Assembly (NCBI GenBank): GCA_963169455.1 | Contig: CAUJDW010000044.1 | Coordinates: 1,244-65,243 of the forward strand | DNA from: Bacteroidota bacterium | GTDB taxonomy: Bacteria > Bacteroidota > Bacteroidia > Chitinophagales > Saprospiraceae | Direction: 5' to 3' | Length of the DNA: 64,000 nt | In this document: piece by piece, positions 1 through 11,328 of the stretch | Layout of the letters: every line of letters begins with the position of its first letter | Position numbering within the stretch: the stretch's first letter is position 1 | The notes under the pieces: generated by a model | What the model saw: the letters and a program-made list of their open reading frames with translations, nothing else | Told to the model about the DNA's origin: nothing | Databases searched by the model: none | Made by a program: the position numbers and the translations under genes

Positions 1-1248
1 ATTTTCCTCACCGCCGGTTCGCCCGTACCGGTCACGCTGGAATACAATGAATACGGCGGCAATGCAGTGGTCAGGCTGGAGTGGGAGTCGGCAGCGGCCG
101 GCATCCCGCGGCAGGTGTTCGTTCCCATGGTGGCCGGCCTTTGCCAGGATGTCACCGTTCAGCTCGGTTTAACCGGGCAGGCCACCGTTTCCCCCCTTGA
201 TATCGACCCGGGCTTTACCGACAATTGCGGAATCGCCAGCAGAACCCTCCTCCCCAATACCTTTGACTGTTCGGATGTCGGGCCCAACGCGGTGAAATTC
301 ACCGTCACCGACATCAACGGCAACAGTTCCAGTTGTAACGCCACGGTATTCGTAGAAGCCGGCCCTGGCATGCCGCCTCCATGGGCCAGCCAGAATATCG
401 GCAACCCCGGCCCGGGCAATACCTACTCGTTTGCCGCCTGTACCCTGCCGCCAATGTTTACCATAGGGGCAGGCGCTGCCAACAACAGCATAACAACCGA
501 CAATATAGCCTTCATACAGCGGGAAATATGCGGCGATTTCCAGTTCACGGTCAAAGTGGAAAGCATCACGCCCAACGGCTACGCCGGGCTGATGGCCCGC
601 GAGAGCTCCGCTGCAGGCAGTAAACAGGTAGGCCTGTATTCCAACCGGTCAAACCTCGTCCGCTGGGAAAGCCGCGTGGCCACCAACGCGGGCAAAGCGG
701 CTAACTTCTTCCAGAAGCCCCTGCCTTACTGGCTCCGCCTGGTCAGGCAGGGTAGTTGGTTCTACGCTTACTACTCCTACAATGGGGTTAATTTCTCCAT
801 TGTGACAGCCCGGCCTGTGCCCATGAATTCCTGCATCAAAGTAGGTATGGCGGCCTTCACCAACATCCCGGGCTCGACAGCTTCGGCAGTCTTCAGTAAC
901 CTGCAGCTCCTCGGCTCCGGGCCGGGCATCCTGCAATTGCCGGATACGGAAGCGGCACAGGCAGGCATCGGCCGCACCATCAGCTTGTTCCCCAACCCGG
1001 CGCGGGATATAGTGACGGTGGAGATGGGGGTTACCCTCAACCCCGGACTGAAGTCCGGGGATAGATGTCCGACGGTGCTGCGCCTGCTCAACGAGCTGGG
1101 CCAGCTGCTCGAAGAGCGCCGCCTCGATGATGCCGCCGAGCGCCTCGAATGGAACGTCAGCCAGCTGCGCCCGGGCCTGTACTTCCTGGAAATCATCGAA
1201 GAAGGATGCGCCCCACAGCTGCTCCGCTTCGTCAAGGCCCCCTCCTAA
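1..1248 (+). CDS. Secreted multidomain protein, 5'-truncated by the window edge: PA14-like fragment, HYR/Ig-like adhesin module, lectin/LamG-like module, T9SS type-A C-terminal sorting domain
   Basis: Frame 1 is open from nt 1 (IFLTAGSPVPVTLEYNEYGGNAVVRLEWES). It has an adhesin-type module NCGIASRTL...VKFTVTDINGNSSSCNATVFV. The C-terminus ISLFPNPARDIVTVEM...LRPGLYFLEII fits the T9SS CTD pattern. Stop TAA at 1246-1248. Confidence 0.75.
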   Translation: MFLTAGSPVPVTLEYNEYGGNAVVRLEWESAAAGIPRQVFVPMVAGLCQDVTVQLGLTGQATVSPLDIDPGFTDNCGIASRTLLPNTFDCSDVGPNAVKFTVTDINGNSSSCNATVFVEAGPGMPPPWASQNIGNPGPGNTYSFAACTLPPMFTIGAGAANNSITTDNIAFIQREICGDFQFTVKVESITPNGYAGLMARESSAAGSKQVGLYSNRSNLVRWESRVATNAGKAANFFQKPLPYWLRLVRQGSWFYAYYSYNGVNFSIVTARPVPMNSCIKVGMAAFTNIPGSTASAVFSNLQLLGSGPGILQLPDTEAAQAGIGRTISLFPNPARDIVTVEMGVTLNPGLKSGDRCPTVLRLLNELGQLLEERRLDDAAERLEWNVSQLRPGLYFLEIIEEGCAPQLLRFVKAPS

Positions 1249-1268
1249 CCCACGATTTCAATCGTGGG
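1249..1268 (+). terminator. Short perfect hairpin directly after the stop codon (CCCACGAT-TTCA-ATCGTGGG), no U-tract
   Basis: 8-bp perfect inverted repeat read directly from the sequence. The lack of a T-run makes the terminator role uncertain. Confidence 0.3.
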
Positions 1269-1274
1269 TAGATA

Positions 1275-1470
1275 GGTGGGTACCCCCCGGCCTGAGCCGT
1301 CCTCATCGCAGGTGGGTACCCCCCGCCCTGAGCCGCCCTCATCGTGGGTGGGTACCCCCCGCCCTGAGCCGCCCTCATCGCAGGTGGGTGCCCCCCGCCC
1401 TGAGCCGCCCTCATCGCAGGTGGGTGCCCCCCGGCCTGAGCCGTCCTCATCGCAGGTGGGCGCCCCCTAT
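1275..1470. repeat. Tandem repeat, 36-bp unit GGTGGGTACCCCCCGCCCTGAGCCGCCCTCATCGCA, about 5.4 head-to-tail copies
   Basis: Units at 1275, 1311, 1347, 1383 and 1419, plus a partial unit at 1455, with only 1-3 substitutions per unit. There are no spacers, so this is not CRISPR. Several ORF-track frames on both strands run through it only because of the repeat. Confidence 0.9.
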
Positions 1471-1659
1471 CACGGGTACCCCCCAAGCGCGGTAGGAGCC
1501 CACCGCCCAACGACAGCGCCACTTCCCGAAGCAGGGAAATGGCGCTGTCGCCTTATACCGATGAACCCGTTCTTTTTTTCGACTAAATAAAAATTCGTCA
1601 GGCAACCTATGGGGGGAGCTGTACGTTTTTTACATCGAATTGAAGAGAACAATCGAATC

Positions 1660-1926
1660 ATGATACAACAAGTCATATCTCATCCAACACTTGCGGCCAT
1701 GGAAAAACAGATCATTGACCATATCAGCTGGCGGCTCAACCTTCCCCCGACGAGCATACATCCCTATACCCACCTGGAAGACGACCTGCATCTCGATGCC
1801 GTCGATATCCTTCTGCTGATCGCCGAGCTGGAAAACCGGTTCAACATATACCTGTCCAACGAGGAAGCCAATTCTATCGAAACGATCCACGACGCCAGCA
1901 TTTTCCTGCAAAGGCACGCCGCCTGA
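1660..1926 (+). CDS. Acyl-carrier-protein-like small protein with Ala in place of the phosphopantetheine-attachment Ser
   Basis: EDDLHLDAVDILLLIAELENRFNIYLSNEEANSIETI aligns with the ACP core [20 protein letters not shown], but DSL is DAV. Alternative ATG starts at 1609 and 1699. Stop at 1924-1926. Confidence 0.55.
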   Translation: MIQQVISHPTLAAMEKQIIDHISWRLNLPPTSIHPYTHLEDDLHLDAVDILLLIAELENRFNIYLSNEEANSIETIHDASIFLQRHAA

Positions 1927-2040
1927 CCAGGAATGGCGGACGCCCCGCTGTTTTTTCCGCTTTCCTGCGGGAAATTCCCTATATTTCCTTCCGCTTTGCG
2001 AAAGCAGGTATGTTTTTCAAGAAACGCGGGGCCTCAAGCC

Positions 2041-2637
2041 ATGTCATACGACAGACCCACTCAACTAAAGAATATTGCGCTGCAGCTGGAGATGAAGTTC
2101 AGCCCGGAGGATGACTGGGGGCTGCTCGCCTTACTGAAGGATTTTCAGCTGTTCCGCCGGGGGCACAGCCGGAAGATCACCAACCTGCTTTACCGCCAGG
2201 TAGGCATGCTGGAGACGGAGATACATATCTTTGACTACCGCTACATCATCAGCACCAATAACAGCTGGCGGGTGTTTAAGCAAACCGTGTTTTTCGTGCA
2301 CTCCAAAAAGCTGGGCCTGCCGCAGTTCCTGCTCAGGCCGGAAAACTTTTTCCACAAGATCGGCCAACTGCTGGGTATGCAGGATATCGACTTCGAGGCG
2401 TATCCGAAATTCTCGAGCCAGTACCTCCTGCGCGGGGACGATGAAGAATACATCCGCGCCAGTTTTCCCGATGCGGCGCTGCAGTTTTTTACCGTCGAAA
2501 AAAACTGGTCTCTGGAAGGGCTCAATTACTTCCTGATCCTGTATCAGAAAAACCGCTTGCTGCTGCCTTCCCAGATCGTGGATTTTTACCGCAAAGGCAT
2601 GTACCTGCACGACATCCTGGCCACGGAGGGGCCTTAA
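2041..2637 (+). CDS. Hypothetical protein (198 aa)
   Basis: Long ORF with host-like codon bias. I recognise no motif. ATG 2041 is preferred over ATG 1933 because 1933-2040 is T-rich and looks non-coding. Confidence 0.5.
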   Translation: MSYDRPTQLKNIALQLEMKFSPEDDWGLLALLKDFQLFRRGHSRKITNLLYRQVGMLETEIHIFDYRYIISTNNSWRVFKQTVFFVHSKKLGLPQFLLRPENFFHKIGQLLGMQDIDFEAYPKFSSQYLLRGDDEEYIRASFPDAALQFFTVEKNWSLEGLNYFLILYQKNRLLLPSQIVDFYRKGMYLHDILATEGP

Positions 2638-2649
2638 ACCAAAAGGCCT

Positions 2650-3507
2650 ATGCTTTCTTTTTCCACACTGGACAATCTGCAGCCCGAACAGCTCATACCC
2701 GCCTTCAACCGGGCCTTCGCCGATTATGTCGTACCGGTGCGCCTTACCCCTGCCGGGCTGAAGCAGAAGATGGCCATGGAGAACCTCAGCCTGGCCCATT
2801 CCATCGGCCTTTTTGACGGGCCGGAGCTGGTTGGCCTGATGCTGCACGGGCTGGGTGAATGGAGCGGCTGCCCGGCAGCTTATAATGGCGGCACGGGCAT
2901 CTGGCCCGAGTACCGCGGCCAGGGCCTGGTGAAGCGCATGTACGGCCAACTGGCGCCCCTGCTTGCCGGGGCAGGTGTGGAAATGGTGCTGCTGGAAGTG
3001 ATCGACACCAACAAAAGGGCCATTCGGGCTTACGAAAACACCGGCTTCCAACCCCTGCGCCGCCTCGATTGCTTCAAAGGAGCCATCAACTACCCACGCC
3101 CTGACACCCCGCCTGGCCTAAGTGTTCACCACAACAATAAGCTACCCTGGGAAGAACTTCCCGGATTCTGGAATTTTCAGCCCAGTTGGCAAAACAAAAC
3201 CGCCGCCGTCCGCCGGGGGCAGGCTTTCCTGGACTTCCTCAGCCTCAGGCTGGCAGATGGCCAACTGCTCGCCTATGGTGTGATCCAGGGCCGTACAGGC
3301 CGCGTCATCCAGTTCGGCGTACATCCCGCCTGGCGCAGGCAGGGGCTGGGGCGCCTGTTGTTTTTTCACCTCGGCCGCCTGGGCAACCCCCTGCTCACCG
3401 TGCTCAATGTCGGCCACGAGGATGAAGCGAGCAGGGCCTTTCTCCTGAATGCCGGACTGGAACTTTACCTGGGCCAGATTGAAATGGCATGGCGGTTCAG
3501 TAGTTAA
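2650..3507 (+). CDS. GNAT-family N-acetyltransferase (two GNAT-like halves)
   Basis: Acetyl-CoA-binding type motifs YRGQGLVKRMY...EVIDTNKRAIRAYENTGFQ and HPAWRRQGLGRLLF. Confidence 0.8.
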   Translation: MLSFSTLDNLQPEQLIPAFNRAFADYVVPVRLTPAGLKQKMAMENLSLAHSIGLFDGPELVGLMLHGLGEWSGCPAAYNGGTGIWPEYRGQGLVKRMYGQLAPLLAGAGVEMVLLEVIDTNKRAIRAYENTGFQPLRRLDCFKGAINYPRPDTPPGLSVHHNNKLPWEELPGFWNFQPSWQNKTAAVRRGQAFLDFLSLRLADGQLLAYGVIQGRTGRVIQFGVHPAWRRQGLGRLLFFHLGRLGNPLLTVLNVGHEDEASRAFLLNAGLELYLGQIEMAWRFSS

Positions 3508-3684
3508 ATGACAAATAATCTTTTGTTAAATATCAAAAATCCCGAGCCATTGCCTATTTTGAATCGTTCTACGGGAAACGAAGAACGGCTGCCGTAACCG
3601 GCGCAGCGGGAGATGCCCGGAAATATTACATCCTAAACCGATTGCTCTATGTTTCCCGTTTTGTATCTGGCTCCGTACAACAAT

Positions 3685-5325
3685 ATGAAAGCACTGCAGG
3701 AACACACCAACCTTATGGAAATGCTGATCGAAAAGAATCAGCTCGAACAGGTTTTCGAAGAACTGAAACCGCTGGTCAAATACACGGAATACCGCATTAC
3801 CGTTTCCCTGCTGCTCAGCACCTACAACGAGATCCGGCAGGAGGCCCTTACCAAGGCCATTACCACCGAAGAGCAGAAAGCGCGGCTGGTTCAGGTCAAA
3901 AAATCGCTGCTTCAGCTGCTGAACCACATCCGCGAAACCGGCGAAGGCATGGTGGCGAAGGATGAAAAGGAAATCCTCCAGATCACCCTGGCCAAAAACG
4001 AGGAGGAGTTTCAGCGCATGCTGGAACAGCGCCTGGCCGGCCGCTACGCCAGGCTGGAAAAAATTTCCTCCGGCGATACCGCTATTATCTACAAAGCCGA
4101 CCGGGTGGATACGGTGACCAACACGCCGCAGCCGGTGGCCATCAAGGTGCTCAAACCCATCTCCATCATCGACGACGAAAACCTGGAAAGCATCCGGGAA
4201 GACCTCTCCAAAGCCAAACAACTGTCGGGCCTGGATGGCATCATCAGCGTCATCGACGAGGGGGTCGACGTTCCGCCGCGTTACATCGTCACCGAATACG
4301 TGGACGGCATGCGCCTGTCTGAAAGGCTGGAGAACGGCTGGCCCTACCAGCTCTACGAAATTCGCGACATGCTGCTCACCATGGCGCGGGTGCTGGTGCA
4401 GGGCCACCAGGACGGGCTGGTGCACAACAACCTCTGGCCTTCAAACATCCTGATCGACAAGCGGAAAGGGCCGAGGCTGTCGCCATTCCAGGTTGTGCGC
4501 GCCTCCTATTTCAAACGTACCTTCGAACGCATCCAGCTCTTCGCCCAGTACTGGAGCCCCGAACAGGTGCATACCGACCACGGCAGCCAGTTGTCCGACC
4601 AGTTCGCCTTCGGGCTGGTGGCCTTCGAACTGTTCAAAGGCAGGCCCCTGTTCGATGGTGACTCCATTTTGTCCATCCTCGGCAAGCGCCTGGCCGTCAT
4701 GGAAAACCCGATATTGGTCGAGGAGGAACTGAAGGAGACCCTCTGCCCGCCGGATTTCGTGCAGGCTATCCGGAAAATGTTGAGCCAGAACCCCGAAAAC
4801 CGCTTCGCCGACATGGAAGAGGTGCTCGAAGAGATCAAAAAGATTCCGGACACGTCGGGCCTCGCCGAGGCGCACCCTGCTTTCAGCCAGATGAAGAAGC
4901 TGCGCAACAGCTACAACCGCTGCCGCCGCCGGGAGGGGTTTTACGAGGTCTTCTATCAGGTGTTCCTGGAAAAAGCCCCCCACGCCCAGGAGGTTTTCGA
5001 CCGCGCCTGGGCCCGGCGCATGGCCGAACAAAATGCGCCTGAAAAGGAAATCTGGCGCCACCAGCACAACATGCTCGACCTTGCTGTGGAACGCATGTTG
5101 CAATACCCCAGCGTGTCCACCGAAATGAACCGGCGCCTGCAGGCGCTGGCAGGCCAGCACAAGGCCGTCGGCGCTCAACCCGAAGATTACGCCACCTTCC
5201 TGGATTGCCTCAAAGATACCATCTGGGTGTTCGACCAGGAACACTGGGCCAGCTACGACGAACTGGAAACGGCCTGGGAAGCTGCAACCCGCGAGAGCCT
5301 CAGGGCAATCCAGGGGCCGGGCTGA
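3685..5325 (+). CDS. Fusion protein: helical N-terminal adaptor-like domain, Ser/Thr-kinase-fold domain with degenerate catalytic motifs (predicted pseudokinase), C-terminal globin-like domain
   Basis: VAIKVLK (the beta3 Lys) is kept, but HRDLKPxN reads HNNLWPSN (4423-4446) and DFG reads PFQ. SPE and DxxxxG-type lobes are kept. The C-terminal 140 aa (FYEVFYQVFLEKAPHAQEVF ... LAGQHKAVGAQPEDYATFLDCLKDTI) fits a globin helix B-F pattern. Alternative start ATG 3649. Confidence 0.75.
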   Translation: MKALQEHTNLMEMLIEKNQLEQVFEELKPLVKYTEYRITVSLLLSTYNEIRQEALTKAITTEEQKARLVQVKKSLLQLLNHIRETGEGMVAKDEKEILQITLAKNEEEFQRMLEQRLAGRYARLEKISSGDTAIIYKADRVDTVTNTPQPVAIKVLKPISIIDDENLESIREDLSKAKQLSGLDGIISVIDEGVDVPPRYIVTEYVDGMRLSERLENGWPYQLYEIRDMLLTMARVLVQGHQDGLVHNNLWPSNILIDKRKGPRLSPFQVVRASYFKRTFERIQLFAQYWSPEQVHTDHGSQLSDQFAFGLVAFELFKGRPLFDGDSILSILGKRLAVMENPILVEEELKETLCPPDFVQAIRKMLSQNPENRFADMEEVLEEIKKIPDTSGLAEAHPAFSQMKKLRNSYNRCRRREGFYEVFYQVFLEKAPHAQEVFDRAWARRMAEQNAPEKEIWRHQHNMLDLAVERMLQYPSVSTEMNRRLQALAGQHKAVGAQPEDYATFLDCLKDTIWVFDQEHWASYDELETAWEAATRESLRAIQGPG

Positions 5326-5455
5326 GGAAACAGCAGTGGCAACAATTTGTGGAAAACTTCACACTATTTTGTGCCCGCCTCTTCATCGAATTGGGTAATT
5401 TCGGTGTTGTTATTGATTGAGAATTGTTGGTTGATCATTCCCGAAATCCCCACCC

Positions 5456-9532
<4,077 letters not shown>

Positions 9533-9569
9533 GTAGTTGGGCACTGATGTACTGAAAACTGACGTATTG

Positions 9570-9608
9570 ACAAGCTTTCCCAAAATCATACAAGCTTTCC
9601 CAAAAATC
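9570..9608 (+). promoter_or_regulatory. Two direct repeats ACAAGCTTTCCCAAAA(A)TC with a 20-bp period, candidate activator (AraC-type) binding sites
   Basis: Copies at 9570-9587 and 9590-9608. They lie just upstream of a -7 box (9637-9644) that has no -33 element. Confidence 0.35.
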
Positions 9609-9636
9609 CTGTAACGCATCGCGGGCAGGGGCGGCA

Positions 9637-9644
9637 TACCTTTG
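9637..9644 (+). promoter_or_regulatory. Bacteroidetes-type -7 promoter box TACCTTTG (TAnnTTTG)
   Basis: Exact match to the TAnnTTTG consensus, 27 nt upstream of ATG 9671. No TTTG -33 element at the expected spacing. Confidence 0.35.
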
Positions 9645-9670
9645 TGCCATCATCAAAACCAATTCTTATC

Positions 9671-9772
9671 ATGAAAACGATTCAGCAAATTCAAGCGAAT
9701 GCCAGCGCCGGTTGCGGCGACCCGGCCTGCCAGTGCACCGATTGCAATTGCGGCAACAATTGCACTTGTTAA
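9671..9772 (+). CDS. Cys-rich micro-protein (33 aa, 8 Cys), metallothionein-like or metal-binding peptide candidate
   Basis: Hand translation: MKTIQQIQANASAGCGDPACQCTDCNCGNNCTC*. Codon third positions look host-like. It is below the ORF-track size cutoff. It sits directly upstream of the multicopper oxidase and the HMA-AraC regulator. Confidence 0.5.
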   Translation: MKTIQQIQANASAGCGDPACQCTDCNCGNNCTC

Positions 9773-9781
9773 AACAAAACC

Positions 9782-9811
9782 GGGGAGGCCGCTTCCCGAA
9801 GCGGCCTCCCC
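9782..9811 (+). other. Strong GC hairpin (13-bp stem, CCCG loop) between the micro-ORF and the oxidase gene, no U-tract
   Basis: GGGGAGGCCGCTT-CCCG-AAGCGGCCTCCCC is a perfect stem, followed by ACACACACAAAGG. It could be a partial terminator, attenuator or mRNA-stability element. Confidence 0.5.
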
Positions 9812-9846
9812 ACACACACAAAGGACACCTAAAACATCTCATCAAT

Positions 9847-11178
9847 ATGAACCACCAGCCTGAAACCATCACCATCGATCTTGAAGCCGGAGCATTTTCC
9901 TGGGAAATAGCCCCCGGCAAACAAGTGTCCGCCATGGGGTACAATGGGCAAATACCGGGCCCCACCATTCGCGCCCACGTCGGCGACACCCTCGTCGTTC
10001 GCCTGAAAAACCAGCTTAAGGAAGCAACAACCATCCACTGGCACGGCCTGCGGGTACCCGCCAAGATGGACGGCACAGAAGAGGTGCAGGCGCCCGTACA
10101 GCCGGGTGAAACCTTTGAATACCGGATAGAACTGACGGATCCCGGAACCTTCTGGTACCACCCCCATACCAATGAAACCGTTCAGATTGAACGGGGCTTA
10201 TACGGAGCCATTGTCGTTGAAGGCGATCAGGAACCCACCTTTGATGCCGATCGCCTCTGGGTTTTGGACGACATGAAGTTGAACCGGCATGGCGAATTTA
10301 CAGAACCCTCCTGGTTTCTGCCCCGCTGGCTGGAGCGGCACAACGGGCGGGAGGGCGGCGCCATTCTCGTGAATGGCCGATTGTCTCCCACGGTTCAGAT
10401 GGCCGCCGGGCAGGTAGAGCGCTGGCGCTTCGTCAATGCCGCCAATGCCAAATACTTCCGCTTGTCTTTGGGCGGGCGCCCCTTCCTGATCATCGGCGCC
10501 GACGGCGGCCTGCTGGAACAACCCGTGCCTGCCACCGAAGCCCTGCTCACTCCCGGCGAGCGGATCGAACTGGCCGTAGGCCCCTTTGCAGAAGGGGAGT
10601 CCTTTATGCTGGAGGCGCTGCCCTATGAACGGGGCGCCGGCAAAGGCAAACAGGAGACAATAGCCCGGATAGAAGTGGGGGAGGGAAAACCCTCTGTCGC
10701 CACCCTCTCATTTCCGCTACGGCAGATCGAGCCTTTGGTGGCGGGTGAGGCTGAACCCAACCAAACCGTTATTCTGCATGGCCGGCGCAGTTGGAAAGAT
10801 GGCGTCGACTTTACGATCAACGGGCACATGCACTTTCACGGCCAGGATGTGCCTGTGGGCGAATTGCAGATCTGGGATATCCAAAACCCCAGTATGATGG
10901 ACCACCCCTTCCACCTGCACGGCTTCTTTTTCCAGGTGCTGAGCATCAATGGCCAGCCACCGGCATACCGGGCATGGAAGGATACAGTAAACGTGCCTAA
11001 AGGCGGCTCCGTCCGCATAGCCTGGCTGCCCGATAACCGGCCCGGCCTGTGGATGTACCATTGCCACATACTCGAACACGCCGCCGCCGGCATGATGGCG
11101 CATTTCCGGGTGGTGGAACAACAAGATACTTTCTCTGAGCCAATGCCGGTCCATGGCTGTTTACATGAAATGGAATAA
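9847..11178 (+). CDS. Multicopper oxidase (laccase/CueO-like), no recognisable signal peptide
   Basis: All four copper motifs are present: HWHG, WYHPH, HPFHLHG and HCHILEHAAAGMM. Start ATG 9847 (MNHQPETITIDL). The ORF-track extension to 9712 overlaps the micro-ORF and the hairpin. Confidence 0.9.
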   Translation: MNHQPETITIDLEAGAFSWEIAPGKQVSAMGYNGQIPGPTIRAHVGDTLVVRLKNQLKEATTIHWHGLRVPAKMDGTEEVQAPVQPGETFEYRIELTDPGTFWYHPHTNETVQIERGLYGAIVVEGDQEPTFDADRLWVLDDMKLNRHGEFTEPSWFLPRWLERHNGREGGAILVNGRLSPTVQMAAGQVERWRFVNAANAKYFRLSLGGRPFLIIGADGGLLEQPVPATEALLTPGERIELAVGPFAEGESFMLEALPYERGAGKGKQETIARIEVGEGKPSVATLSFPLRQIEPLVAGEAEPNQTVILHGRRSWKDGVDFTINGHMHFHGQDVPVGELQIWDIQNPSMMDHPFHLHGFFFQVLSINGQPPAYRAWKDTVNVPKGGSVRIAWLPDNRPGLWMYHCHILEHAAAGMMAHFRVVEQQDTFSEPMPVHGCLHEME

Positions 11179-11328
11179 AGCTTAACTTGGGCAAAAAACA
11201 ACCATGCCCATGCCTTACAAGCCATCTGCCCTCCTGCTACTCCGCTCTATCCTGGCTGTAGCCCCGGGCTGCTCCGGCGAAAAGATCCGCCCCAAAGGCC
11301 TGGAATTCTCCGATCAGGCGCTATACCA

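Noticed and set aside
1275-1470. A CRISPR array, given that the 36-bp unit is CRISPR-sized.
   Set aside because: The units are directly abutting with no unique spacers, and no cas genes are in the window.
1127-1590. Overlapping ORFs through the 36-bp repeat that encode PRPEPPSS-type Pro-rich repeats.
   Set aside because: Several ORF-track frames on both strands run through the tract purely because of the repeat. None has start-site context, and the region lies between a terminator-like hairpin and the next gene.
9712-9846. A longer N-terminus for the multicopper oxidase, which might have hidden an export signal.
   Set aside because: The extension is basic and non-hydrophobic, and it overlaps the Cys-rich ORF in another frame and the strong hairpin. 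ATG 9847 is a clean start.
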